A DNA stretch of 64,000 bases from contig JBBSNM010000001.1 of the NCBI GenBank assembly GCA_038232655.1, positions 61,460-125,459 on the forward strand, given 5' to 3'. The first letter of the stretch is position 1. Each line of letters starts with the position of its first letter. The notes under the pieces are model-generated. The model was not told where the DNA came from. It worked only from the letters and a program-made list of their open reading frames with translations, and did not search any database. The position numbers and the translations under genes are program-made. Shown in pieces: positions 45,502 to 56,850 of this stretch. The DNA is from Propionibacteriales bacterium (lineage in GTDB: Bacteria; Actinomycetota; Actinomycetes; Propionibacteriales; Nocardioidaceae).

Positions 45502-47680
45502 CGTCACGCCCGTGCCTGAGACCTCGACCACCGACCTGCACGCCGGCGACAGCGAACGACAGCCGGCGGCACCGGCTGCCCGCCGGGTTGCCGTCGAGCG
45601 CAGCCACCACGGCCGAACCGTGGTCGACCCGTACGAGTGGCTGCGCGCCAAGGACGCACCGGAGGTGGTCGCGCACTTGGAGGCCGAGAACGCCTACACC
45701 GAGCGGCGCACCAGCCACCTCACTGCGCTGCGCGAGTCCATCTTCAGCGAGATCAAGGCCCGCACACAGGAGACCGACATGTCGGTCCCGACCCGCAAGG
45801 GCGACTGGTGGTACTTCTCCCGCACCACCGAGGGCCAGCAGTACGCCGTGCACTGCCGGGCACCCGTGGACTCCGCCGACGACTGGGAGCCACCGGCGGT
45901 CGCCGAGGGGCGGCTGCCGGGTGAGCAGGTGCTGCTCGACGGCAACGCCGAGGCGCAGGGGCACGACTTCTTTGCGCTCGGCGCCTTCGACGTCAGCCCC
46001 GACGGCAAGCTGCTGGCCTACTCCACCGACACCGCGGGTGACGAGCGCTACCTGCTGCGCGTCAAGGACCTCGAAACCGGTGCGGTGCTGCCCGACGAGA
46101 TCCCCGACACGCACTACTCGGTGACCTGGACGCGCGACGGGTCGACCCTCTTCTACACGACCGTCGACAGCGCCTGGCGCCCGTTCAAGGTGTGGCGGCA
46201 CGTCCTCGGCTCGACCGGCACCGACGACGAGCTGATACACCACGAGGCCGACGAGCGGTTCTTCGTTGGGGTAGGCAGCACCCGCAGCGAACGCTTCGTG
46301 CTGATCGTCGCCTCGTCCAAGATCACCAGCGAGGTGTGGGTCATCGATGCCGACACGGGCGGCGGTCCTCGCCTGGTCGCCGCCCGCCGCACCGGGGTCG
46401 AGTACCACGTGGAGCACGCGCGCGTCGGTGACCAGGACCGGTTTCTCATCTTGCACAACGACCAGGCGGAGAACTTCGAGCTCGCCGACGCGCCGGTCCA
46501 GACCCCGGGCCCCGAGCACTGGACACCGGTCGTCGCCCACCGCGACGACGTGCGCCTCGAGGACGTCGAGGCCTTCGCCGGACACCTGGTGATGGCCTAC
46601 CGGCGAGATGCCCTGCCACGCACCGCTGTGCTCACGCTGAGCGACGACGGCTACGGCAACCCCGACGAGATCTCCTTCGACGAGCAGCTCTACAGTTGCT
46701 ACCCCGCAGCCAACCCCGACTGGGCACAGCCACACGTGCGCGTCGCGTACACGTCGTTCGTGACGCCCGCGTCGGTCTACGACCAGTTCCTGGCCGGCGA
46801 CCGCCGGGTGCTGCGCAAGCAGCAGCCCGTGCTCGGCGGCTACGACCCCGCCGACTACGAGCAACATCGCGAGTGGGCGACCGCCCCCGACGGCGCCGCG
46901 GTGCCCATCTCGATCGTGTACAGGCGGGGCACCCCCCGCGACGGCAGCGCCCCGGCACTGGTCTACGGCTACGGCGCGTACGAGCTGAGCATGGACCCGA
47001 GTTTCGTCGTCAGCCGGCTGTCCCTGCTGGACCGCGGGATGGTGTTCGCGGTCGCGCACGTGCGCGGTGGCGGTGAGCTGGGTCGGCACTGGTACGACTC
47101 CGGCAAGATGCTGTCCAAGAAGAACACCTTCAGCGACTTCGTCCACTGCGCGCGGCACCTCGCCGACTCGGGGTGGACCTCCCCCGACCGGCTGGTGGCG
47201 ATGGGCGGCAGCGCCGGCGGGTTGCTCATCGGTGCTGCCCTGAACCTCGCCCCGGACGCCTTCGCCGGTGCGCTCGCCGCGGTCCCGTTCGTCGACGCCC
47301 TCACCTCGATCCTCGACCCCTCGCTGCCGCTCACGGTGATCGAGTGGGACGAGTGGGGTGACCCGCTGCACCACCCAGACGTCTACCACTACATGTCCAG
47401 CTACAGCCCCTACGACAACGTCCGCGCTGCCGACTACCCACCGATCCTCGCCACCACCAGCCTCAACGACACCCGGGTGCTTTACGTCGAGCCGGCCAAG
47501 TGGGTGGCACGGCTGCGTGAGTTGAACGACGGAGCCCCCGACGTGCTGCTGAAGACCGAGATGAACGCCGGGCATGGCGGGGTCAGCGGCCGGTACGAGG
47601 CCTGGCGCGAGCGGGCGTTCGAGTACGCCTGGGTCATCGACACCGCCGGTGCCCCGCATACCCCGTCGGGCGGGCACTGA
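45488..47680 (+). CDS. ptrB: S9A prolyl oligopeptidase family serine protease (oligopeptidase B-like), 730 aa
   Basis: The start is set at ATG 45488, a 14-nt overlap with dinB. Contains DPYEWLR, the catalytic GGSAGGLL and a C-terminal D..V/GHGG region. Confidence 0.85.
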   Translation: MTSASVTPVPETSTTDLHAGDSERQPAAPAARRVAVERSHHGRTVVDPYEWLRAKDAPEVVAHLEAENAYTERRTSHLTALRESIFSEIKARTQETDMSVPTRKGDWWYFSRTTEGQQYAVHCRAPVDSADDWEPPAVAEGRLPGEQVLLDGNAEAQGHDFFALGAFDVSPDGKLLAYSTDTAGDERYLLRVKDLETGAVLPDEIPDTHYSVTWTRDGSTLFYTTVDSAWRPFKVWRHVLGSTGTDDELIHHEADERFFVGVGSTRSERFVLIVASSKITSEVWVIDADTGGGPRLVAARRTGVEYHVEHARVGDQDRFLILHNDQAENFELADAPVQTPGPEHWTPVVAHRDDVRLEDVEAFAGHLVMAYRRDALPRTAVLTLSDDGYGNPDEISFDEQLYSCYPAANPDWAQPHVRVAYTSFVTPASVYDQFLAGDRRVLRKQQPVLGGYDPADYEQHREWATAPDGAAVPISIVYRRGTPRDGSAPALVYGYGAYELSMDPSFVVSRLSLLDRGMVFAVAHVRGGGELGRHWYDSGKMLSKKNTFSDFVHCARHLADSGWTSPDRLVAMGGSAGGLLIGAALNLAPDAFAGALAAVPFVDALTSILDPSLPLTVIEWDEWGDPLHHPDVYHYMSSYSPYDNVRAADYPPILATTSLNDTRVLYVEPAKWVARLRELNDGAPDVLLKTEMNAGHGGVSGRYEAWRERAFEYAWVIDTAGAPHTPSGGH

Positions 47681-47888
47681 GCCCCTGGGCAGCTGGTGGC
47701 ACCGTCGAGCTCGCCAGTCCGTGCACCAGCCGCTGAGCGGTTCTTGAGAAGTCGCTGAGAACGGCACGATCGCATGCCACCGCTCGTCAGGCAGGTACGA
47801 AGGTCGGCGGCACCGGCGGCGGAATCCGAACCGCCCCCGAAGTGTTTACGTCGGCGAGGGAGAGCACCGAGACAGGGGGGCCGAAGCG

Positions 47889-48854
47889 ATGGCATCAACC
47901 ACCACGAAGCGGGCGTCAGCCACCCGTGACAGCGGGGACGGCCGCGACAGCGTCGGGATGTACCTCGACGAGATCGCCCGCACGCCGTTGCTGAACGCGG
48001 CGCAGGAGGTCGAGCTCAGCAAGGCCATCGAGGCCGGGCTGCTCGCCGAGCGACTGCTGGCCGAGGGCCGGGTGGGCCGGCGCAAGGGTGGTGCGCCCAA
48101 GTTCGCGACCGAGGCCGAGCTGGAATGGCTGGTCGCCGACGGACGCCGGGCACAGCAGTTGTTCACGACCGCCAACCTGCGGCTGGTGGTGTCCATCGCG
48201 CGCAAGTACGGCCGAAACCAGATGCCGATGCTCGACCTGATCCAGGAAGGCAACACCGGGCTGATCCGGGCCGTGGAGAAGTTCGACTACGCCAAGGGGT
48301 ACAAGTTCTCGACTTACGCGACCTGGTGGGTGCGGCAGGCGATCACCCGAGGCGTGGCACAGCAGGCGCGGGTCGTCCGGCTGCCCGTCCACGTCGTCGA
48401 AGAGCTGAACCAGATCGGCGCCGCCCGCCGCACCCTGGAGCGCCGCCTCGGCCGCGAGGCGGAGGCGCACGAGATCGCCGCCGAGCTGGCCATGGACCTC
48501 AACAGGGTGAGCGACCTGATTCGCTGGGGCCGCGACCATGTCAGCCTGGACACCCCGGTCGACGACGAGGGTGACACCTCGCTGGGCGACCTGGTGGCGC
48601 GCGAAGGCGCACCCGGACCGGACATCACCTTGCTGGACCGCGAGTCCCGGGCACGGCTGAGCGACCTGATCGACCGCCTCGGTGAGCGGGAGGCCGACAT
48701 CATCAAGTCCCGCTTCGGGCTGATCGACGGCCGCACACACAAGCTCGCCGACATCGGGGTGCGGCACGGCATCTCGGCCGAGCGGGTCCGCCAGCTGGAG
48801 CGCGAGGCACTCGCGACGCTGCGCTCGATCGCCGACCCAGACCTGGCCGCTTGA
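47889..48854 (+). CDS. sigB: group 2 sigma-70 family sigma factor (SigB/HrdA-D-like), 321 aa
   Basis: Has the full set of 1.2-4.2 regions (YLDEIARTPLL, YATWWVRQAITRG) but lacks the long N-terminal extension of sigA. Confidence 0.85.
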   Translation: MASTTTKRASATRDSGDGRDSVGMYLDEIARTPLLNAAQEVELSKAIEAGLLAERLLAEGRVGRRKGGAPKFATEAELEWLVADGRRAQQLFTTANLRLVVSIARKYGRNQMPMLDLIQEGNTGLIRAVEKFDYAKGYKFSTYATWWVRQAITRGVAQQARVVRLPVHVVEELNQIGAARRTLERRLGREAEAHEIAAELAMDLNRVSDLIRWGRDHVSLDTPVDDEGDTSLGDLVAREGAPGPDITLLDRESRARLSDLIDRLGEREADIIKSRFGLIDGRTHKLADIGVRHGISAERVRQLEREALATLRSIADPDLAA

Positions 48855-48862
48855 CCGGGCGA

Positions 48863-49477
48863 TCAGGGGGTTCGGCCGGCGGCGGACGCTAGCCGCCGCC
48901 ACAGGGCGTCGACGCGGACGTCGAGCTCGGTCAGCTCGCCGGCGTTGTCGACCACCTCGTCGGCTGCCTCGAGCCGCTGACTCCGCGTGCTCTGGGCGCC
49001 CATCCGGGCGGCGGCGTCGTCGGGGTCCATACCGCGTTCTCGCACCAGACGCTCGAGCCGCGTCCGGTCAGGTGCGTCCACGACGACCAGCACGTCGAAG
49101 TGGCCGCCCTGGCCGGTCTCGATCAGCAGCGGGATGTCGTGCACGACGACTGCCCGCGGGTCCAACGCCGCGGCGTCGGCCTCCAGTTGCGCGGCACGGG
49201 CGCGTACCCGGGGGTGCACGATGGACTCCAGCGCGCGGCGCGCGGACTCGTCGGTGAAGACCGCACGTCCCAGTGCTGACCGGTCGAGCTCGCCATCGGG
49301 GTCGACGATCGACGGGCCGAACGCGGCCACCACGTGGTCGAAGCCTTCGGTGCCCGCGGCCACCGCCGCCCTGGCGAGGACGTCGGAGTCGATCACGACG
49401 GCTCCGTGTGCCGCCAGCCGGTTGCTCACCTCGCTCTTGCCCGACGCGATCCCGCCAGTCAGCCCCACTCGCAGCAC
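48863..49477 (-). CDS. coaE: dephospho-CoA kinase, 204 aa
   Basis: Contains GLTGGIASGKS (P-loop) and ..IVHP.V. It lies immediately downstream of rpsA. Confidence 0.9.
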   Translation of the reverse strand: MLRVGLTGGIASGKSEVSNRLAAHGAVVIDSDVLARAAVAAGTEGFDHVVAAFGPSIVDPDGELDRSALGRAVFTDESARRALESIVHPRVRARAAQLEADAAALDPRAVVVHDIPLLIETGQGGHFDVLVVVDAPDRTRLERLVRERGMDPDDAAARMGAQSTRSQRLEAADEVVDNAGELTELDVRVDALWRRLASAAGRTP

Positions 49478-49533
49478 CGACCCAGCCTCGCAGGCCCGCC
49501 CAGGCGCAGCTGCGTCGGTGCGCGAGCGGGCGC

Positions 49534-51156
<1,623 letters not shown>

Positions 51157-51380
51157 GGGGTGGGTGGTCTCCGGGGACGGGGAATCGTGCTGGGCGCGCG
51201 GCGACCCTGGTCCGCAGGAGGTGAGGACCCGCGACGAGCGCGAGACGATCTTCTCGGTGCGAGCACGGCCTGCTCCATACGAGGCCGCGCAGGCCACAGC
51301 GCGTTCTCAAGTTTACGGGCCGGCTTCGGTGGTGGTCAACGCGGGTCACCCCCGTCGCGGCGCCTCGTCGGCTGGGCCGC

Positions 51381-54164
51381 TCAGTGCCCGGCGTCGTGCC
51401 AGGTCAGGCCGACTCCAACCGAAACGTCCAGCGGCACGGTAAGATCGTAGGCGGTGGCCATGTGGGAGCAGACCAGCTCCTTCACCGCGCCCCGCTCCCC
51501 CGGCGCCACCTCGAGCACCAGCTCGTCGTGCACCTGCAGCAACAGCCGAGAACCGAGCCTGCTGGCCTCGAGCGCCTCGTGCACGCCGAGCATCGCGACC
51601 TTGATGATGTCGGCGGCCGAGCCCTGGATGGGCGCGTTCAGCGCCATCCGCTCGGCCATTTCGCGGCGCTGCCGGTTGTCGCTGGTCAGATCGGGCAGGT
51701 AGCGACGGCGCCCCATCAGCGTCTCGGTGTAGCCGGTGCGCCTGGCCTCGTCGACGACGCCGCGCAGGTAGTCGCGCACCCCACCGAAGTTGAGGAAGTA
51801 TTCGTCCATCAGCGCCTGCGCCTCGGCGGTCTCCACGCCAAGCTGCTGGGACAGACCGTAGGCCGACAGCCCGTAGGCCAGCCCGTAGTTCATCGCCTTG
51901 ATCTTGGCCCGCATCGCGCCGGTGACCTCGCCGACCCCCACGGAGAACACCGAGGAGGCGGTCGCGCTGTGGAAGTCCGTGCCGGACTTGAAGGCGGCGA
52001 TCAGGTCGGCGTCTCGTGACAGGTCGGCCATGATGCGCATCTCGATCTGGCTGTAGTCGGCGGTGAGCAAGCACTCGTACGCGGGGCCGACCCGGAAGGC
52101 GGCGCGGATGCGGCGGCCGGACTCGGTGCGGATCGGGATGTTCTGCAGGTTCGGGTCGGTGGAGCTCAACCTGCCGGTCGCCGCGATCATCTGGTTGAAG
52201 GTGGTGTGGATGCGTCCGTCGGTGGCCACCGTCTTGCGCAGCCCCTCGACGGTGGAACGCAGCCGGCTGGCGTCACGGTGGGCCAGCAGGTGCATCAGGA
52301 ACGGGTGCTCGGTCTTGGCGTGCAGCTGTTGCAGGGCCTCGGCGTCGGTGGTGTAGCCGGTCTTGGTGCGCTTGGTCTTCGGCATGCCCAGCTCGTCGAA
52401 CAGCACCACCTGCAGCTGCTTGGGCGAGCCCAGGTTGATCTGCTTCCCGATGACCTCGTAGGCCTCGTCGGCTGCCTGCCGCACCAGCGCCGCGAAGTCG
52501 TCCTCGAGCCGGGCGAGCTGGTCGTCGTCGACCGCGATGCCGACCCGCTCCATGTCGGCGAGCACGCTCACCAGCGGCAGCTCGACCTCGGCAAGCAGCC
52601 GGCTGCCGCCACGCTGCTCGAGGTCGGCGTCCAGCGCGGCGGCCAGGTCGACGCTGGCCCGCGCCCGCAGCATCGCGGTCGCCGAGACAGCCGCACCCGC
52701 GTCGGGACCGAGGTCGAGCGCGAGCTGGTCGGGGCTCGCGGCGTCGTCGCGGAGCTCACGACCCAGGTGCCGCAGGGTCAGGTCGGCGAGATCGTACGAC
52801 CGCTGGTCTGGTCTGCCGAGATAGGCCGCAAGCGCGGTGTCGGTGACGACGCCCTCGAGCCGCCAACCTCGATGGGCGAGGGCGAGCATCGGACCCTTGG
52901 CGTCGTGCAGCACCTTGGGGCGCTCGGGGTCGGCCAGCCAGCCGGCCAGCGCTCGTTCGTCGGCCGCGGTGGTCGGCGCACCCTCGACGACCTCGACATA
53001 GCCGGCGGCGCCGGCACCGGTGGCGAGCGCCACCCCATCCACCCGTCCGCCCCCCGCGCCCCAGCTGCCGACGACGTCGACGCCAACCGGCACCCCGGCA
53101 CCGGCGAGCGCACCGAGCCAGCCGGCGACCTCGCCGGCGCCGAGCACCTCACCGACCATGCTGAACGAACCCTCGGCGACGGGCTCGTCGGCGGACAAGG
53201 TGGCGAACAGCCGGTCCCGCAGCACCCGGAACTCCAGGCCGTCGAAGACGGTGTGGATCGCCTCGCGGTCCCACGGCTGCAGCGACAGGTCCGACGGCCC
53301 CAGCGGCAGCTCGAGGTCACGCACCAGCTCGTTGACCCGCCGGTTGCGCTGCACGTCCCCGAGCCGCTCGCGCAGCGAGTCGCCGGCCTTGCCCGGGATC
53401 TCGCCCACATGCTCGACCAGGCCGTTCAGGTCGCCGAAGCGGTCGATCCACTTGGCGGCGGTCTTCGGCCCCACCCCCGGCACGCCGGGAAGGTTGTCGC
53501 TGGTCTCGCCGACGAGCGCGGCCAGGTCGGGGTAGCGCGCCGGTGACACGCCGTACTTGTCCTGCACCGCGGCCGGTGTCATGCGGACCAGGTCGGAGAC
53601 CCCCTTGCGCGGGTAGAGCACCGTCACCCGATCCGAGACCAGCTGCAGGGCGTCGCGGTCACCGGTGCAGATCAGCACGTCGAAGCCGCCGGCCTGGGCC
53701 CGGGTCGTCAAGGTGGCGATGACGTCGTCGGCCTCATACCCCTCGCGCTCGAGGCTCGGTACGTGCAGCGCGTCGAGGACCTCCTTGACCAGCGACACCT
53801 GGCCGGCGAACTCCGGCGGCGAGGACGAGCGGTTGCCCTTGTAGTCGGCGTACTCGGCCAGCCGGAACGTCTGCCTGGAGACGTCGAAGGCCACCCCGAC
53901 GTGCGTCGGCTGCTCGTCTCGCAGCACGTTGATGAGCATCGAGGTGAAGCCGTAGACGGCGTTGGTGGGTTGGCCAGTGGAGGTGGCGAAGTTCTCCACC
54001 GGCAGGGCGAAGAAGGCGCGGTACGCGAGGGAGTGGCCATCGAGCAGCAGCAGCCGTGGACGGTCGGTCGGGTCCGGCCCCTGGGGCGTCCTCGGGTCAG
54101 GCACGTCGGCGACTCTAGTCTGAGGCTCCGACAGCCCCACCTGCGCTTGCCACCGGCCGCGCAC
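51381..54164 (-). CDS. polA: DNA polymerase I
   Basis: Has a 5'-nuclease domain (LLLLDGHSLAYRAFFAL) and a polymerase domain (DYSQIEMRIMA, QVHDELV). The start is uncertain: 54164 is the ORF maximum, and GTG 54140 or 54104 are alternatives that leave room for the divergent promoter. Confidence 0.9.
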   Translation of the reverse strand: MRGRWQAQVGLSEPQTRVADVPDPRTPQGPDPTDRPRLLLLDGHSLAYRAFFALPVENFATSTGQPTNAVYGFTSMLINVLRDEQPTHVGVAFDVSRQTFRLAEYADYKGNRSSSPPEFAGQVSLVKEVLDALHVPSLEREGYEADDVIATLTTRAQAGGFDVLICTGDRDALQLVSDRVTVLYPRKGVSDLVRMTPAAVQDKYGVSPARYPDLAALVGETSDNLPGVPGVGPKTAAKWIDRFGDLNGLVEHVGEIPGKAGDSLRERLGDVQRNRRVNELVRDLELPLGPSDLSLQPWDREAIHTVFDGLEFRVLRDRLFATLSADEPVAEGSFSMVGEVLGAGEVAGWLGALAGAGVPVGVDVVGSWGAGGGRVDGVALATGAGAAGYVEVVEGAPTTAADERALAGWLADPERPKVLHDAKGPMLALAHRGWRLEGVVTDTALAAYLGRPDQRSYDLADLTLRHLGRELRDDAASPDQLALDLGPDAGAAVSATAMLRARASVDLAAALDADLEQRGGSRLLAEVELPLVSVLADMERVGIAVDDDQLARLEDDFAALVRQAADEAYEVIGKQINLGSPKQLQVVLFDELGMPKTKRTKTGYTTDAEALQQLHAKTEHPFLMHLLAHRDASRLRSTVEGLRKTVATDGRIHTTFNQMIAATGRLSSTDPNLQNIPIRTESGRRIRAAFRVGPAYECLLTADYSQIEMRIMADLSRDADLIAAFKSGTDFHSATASSVFSVGVGEVTGAMRAKIKAMNYGLAYGLSAYGLSQQLGVETAEAQALMDEYFLNFGGVRDYLRGVVDEARRTGYTETLMGRRRYLPDLTSDNRQRREMAERMALNAPIQGSAADIIKVAMLGVHEALEASRLGSRLLLQVHDELVLEVAPGERGAVKELVCSHMATAYDLTVPLDVSVGVGLTWHDAGH

Positions 54165-54181
54165 ACCCGAAGGGACCCTGC

Positions 54182-54565
54182 GTGGACCAGCCCGAGACAG
54201 TCGCCCTGCACGACCGGATGGGTATCGCGATCCTCGAGTCCACCGCGGACCGCGTCGTTGCCACCATGCCGGTCGACGGCAACACCCAGCCCTCGGGGCT
54301 GCTGCACGGGGGGGCGTCGTGCGTGCTCGCGGAGAGCGTCGGCTCCATCGGCGCCACCCTGCACGCGGGGTCCGGCCGGGTCGCGGTCGGCGTCGACATC
54401 AACGCCACCCACCACCGCGCCGTTCGTACGGGTGTCGTCAGCGCGGTGGCCACCCCGCTGCACCGCGGCCGCACGGTCGCGACCTACGACGTCGCGATCA
54501 CCGACGAGCAGGACCGGCGGGTCTGCAGCGCACGCATCAGCTGCCAGCTTGTCGCGCTGGCTTGA
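54182..54565 (+). CDS. PaaI-family hotdog-fold thioesterase, 127 aa
   Basis: Contains NT.PSGLLHGGASCVLAES.GS. Confidence 0.8.
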   Translation: MDQPETVALHDRMGIAILESTADRVVATMPVDGNTQPSGLLHGGASCVLAESVGSIGATLHAGSGRVAVGVDINATHHRAVRTGVVSAVATPLHRGRTVATYDVAITDEQDRRVCSARISCQLVALA

Positions 54566-54575
54566 GGCGGAGCAG

Positions 54576-55364
54576 GTGTTTCGCGGGTTCGGCACGGTCG
54601 TCAACGTCGCGACGGTGCTGCTCGGCTCCGGCCTCGGCGTGCTCATCGGCCACCGACTGCGCCAGCAAACCAAGGACATCGTCACCGACGGCCTCGGGCT
54701 GGTGACCCTGCTCGTCGCTGCCCTGTCCGCGGCAGCGGTTACCGACCCCGAGCTCGCCGCCGCGGTTGGTGACAGCGCGCCGGTGCTGATCGTGCTCGGG
54801 GCGGTGCTCGTCGGCGGCATCACCGGTTCGTGGTTGGGCATCGAGGACCGCCTGGAGCGGTTGGGCACCGTCCTGCGTCGGCGGCTGGTGCGAGGCACCG
54901 GCGCCGGCCTCGGCGCTCCGGCGGACCGCGGCAGTGACCAACACGGCACCGCCGGCCAGCAGCGCTTCGTCGAGGGCTTCCTGACCGCGTCCCTGGTCTT
55001 CTGCGTGGGGCCGCTGACGGTTCTCGGCTCCCTGTCCGACGGTCTCGGACAGGGAGCCGACCAGCTGGTGCTCAAATCGGTGCTCGACGGCTTCGCCGCC
55101 ATCGCGTTCGCGGCCAGCTTCGGCTGGGGGGTCGCCGCCTCGGCACTGGCGGTGTTGACCGTGCAGGGGTCGCTCACCGCGCTCGGCGCCGCGCTGGGCT
55201 CCTTCGTCCCCGATGCCCATTTGGTCGCGCTGACCGCCACCGGCGGCCTGCTGCTGGTGGGGGTGGCACTGCGGCTGCTGCAGATCCGTCGGGTGCCTGT
55301 CGGTGACCTGCTGCCGGCGCTGCTGGTCGCCCCGATGCTGGTGCAGATTGTCATCAGCGTGTGA
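54576..55364 (+). CDS. DUF554 family membrane protein, 262 aa
   Basis: Starts at GTG 54576 after GGCGGAG. Contains FRGFGTVVNVATVLLGSGLG...GFLTASLVFCVGPLT..GS. Confidence 0.7.
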   Translation: MFRGFGTVVNVATVLLGSGLGVLIGHRLRQQTKDIVTDGLGLVTLLVAALSAAAVTDPELAAAVGDSAPVLIVLGAVLVGGITGSWLGIEDRLERLGTVLRRRLVRGTGAGLGAPADRGSDQHGTAGQQRFVEGFLTASLVFCVGPLTVLGSLSDGLGQGADQLVLKSVLDGFAAIAFAASFGWGVAASALAVLTVQGSLTALGAALGSFVPDAHLVALTATGGLLLVGVALRLLQIRRVPVGDLLPALLVAPMLVQIVISV

Positions 55365-55482
55365 TCTTCGCGGCCACCGATCCAGCCGACCGCTCGCTAT
55401 GATCCGCAGGTCGGCCGTGCCCGGTGGCGGCTCGACGCGTGGCTCTGCCCAGGATCGCGCCGAGCCGGACGGGAGTTGCTTC

Positions 55483-56820
55483 GTGCGCAGGCTGTTCATC
55501 GCGGTGGTCTTGACGTTGGTGGGCGGGCTGTTCGGTGCCGCGGCCGTCACCGCGGCTGGTCCTGCGGCCGCTGACGGTGGCGGTGGCACTGGCGGCGAGG
55601 ACGCGCTCACCATCAATGCCACGCTGGTCGACGCCACCGACGTCGACCGCACGGACAACGACACGTCCAACGACAAGCCGGCCCCGGTGCCCGGTGTGGA
55701 CATCGTGGTGACCACCCCCGACGGCACCGAGGTGGGCACCGCGACCTCGGGTGAGGACGGCGTTGCAGCAGTCACCGTGCCGCAGAGCGGCGAGTACGTG
55801 GTCACCATCGACACCGACACACTGCCCAAGGACACGTTCCTGACCGACCCCGACCGGGTCAAGGCCACCGTCAACGTGCTCGGGTTCGACGCGACGGTCC
55901 AGTTCCCGATCGGCCCCGACACCCGCACCCTCGAGACCTGGGTGGACCGGCTGCCCGACCTGCTGCTGCAGGGGATCAAGTTCGGCCTGTTGATCGCGCT
56001 GGCGGCGCTCGGGTTGTCGATGATCTACGGGACGACCGGGCTGACGAACTTCTCCCACGGCGAGCTGGTCACCCTCGGCGGGATCCTCACCTGGACGCTG
56101 AACCGCCAGGCCGGGCTGCCGGTGCTCTGGGCGGCGTTGCTGGCGGTGGTCATGATGGCCGGGCTGGGCGCCGTGCAAGACCTCGGCTTCTGGCGACCGC
56201 TGCGTAGCCGGGGCACGGGCAACATCGCGCTGATGATCGTGAGCATCGGCTTCGGCCTGTTCCTGCGCAACGTCTACCAGTACTTCTTCGGCGACGACAC
56301 CCGCGCGTACAGCCAGTACACCAGCCAGGGGCCGCTGGACCTGCCGCTGGTCGAGCCGACCCCCAAGGACCTGGTCATCATCGCGGTCGCGATCGCCGTG
56401 CTGGTGGCCGTGTCGCTGCTGCTGGCCCGCACCCGGCTGGGCAAGGCGACCCGGGCGGTCGCGGACAACCCGTCGCTGGCCGCCGCGTCCGGCATCAACG
56501 TCGCGCAGGTCATCACGGTGGTCTGGATCGCCGGGACCGCGCTGGCCGGGCTGTCCGGTGCGCTGTTCGGCGTGGACCAGCAGGTCGAATACCAGATGGG
56601 CTTCAAGATATTGCTGCTGGTCTTCGCCGGGGTCACCCTCGGCGGGCTCGGCACGATCTGGGGAGCGATGCTGGGCAGCCTCATCGTCGGCATCATGATC
56701 GAGCTGTCCACCCTGGTCGTGCCGGCCGAGCTCAAGTACGTGGGCGCGCTGGTGCTGCTCATCCTCATCCTCCTCGTCCGACCCCAGGGCATCCTGGGTC
56801 GGCGTGAGCGCGTCGGCTGA
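55483..56820 (+). CDS. livH: branched-chain amino acid ABC transporter permease (LivH family) with N-terminal signal peptide and about 160-aa extracytoplasmic domain, 445 aa
   Basis: Starts at GTG 55483 after GGGAG. The C-terminal roughly 290 aa are LivH-like (GLSMIYGTTGLTNFSHGE). The N-terminal part is a Thr/Asp/Val-rich beta-type sequence. Confidence 0.8.
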   Translation: MRRLFIAVVLTLVGGLFGAAAVTAAGPAAADGGGGTGGEDALTINATLVDATDVDRTDNDTSNDKPAPVPGVDIVVTTPDGTEVGTATSGEDGVAAVTVPQSGEYVVTIDTDTLPKDTFLTDPDRVKATVNVLGFDATVQFPIGPDTRTLETWVDRLPDLLLQGIKFGLLIALAALGLSMIYGTTGLTNFSHGELVTLGGILTWTLNRQAGLPVLWAALLAVVMMAGLGAVQDLGFWRPLRSRGTGNIALMIVSIGFGLFLRNVYQYFFGDDTRAYSQYTSQGPLDLPLVEPTPKDLVIIAVAIAVLVAVSLLLARTRLGKATRAVADNPSLAAASGINVAQVITVVWIAGTALAGLSGALFGVDQQVEYQMGFKILLLVFAGVTLGGLGTIWGAMLGSLIVGIMIELSTLVVPAELKYVGALVLLILILLVRPQGILGRRERVG

Positions 56821-56850
56821 CGGCGACCGGTCGGTCTGAAGGGACGTGGC

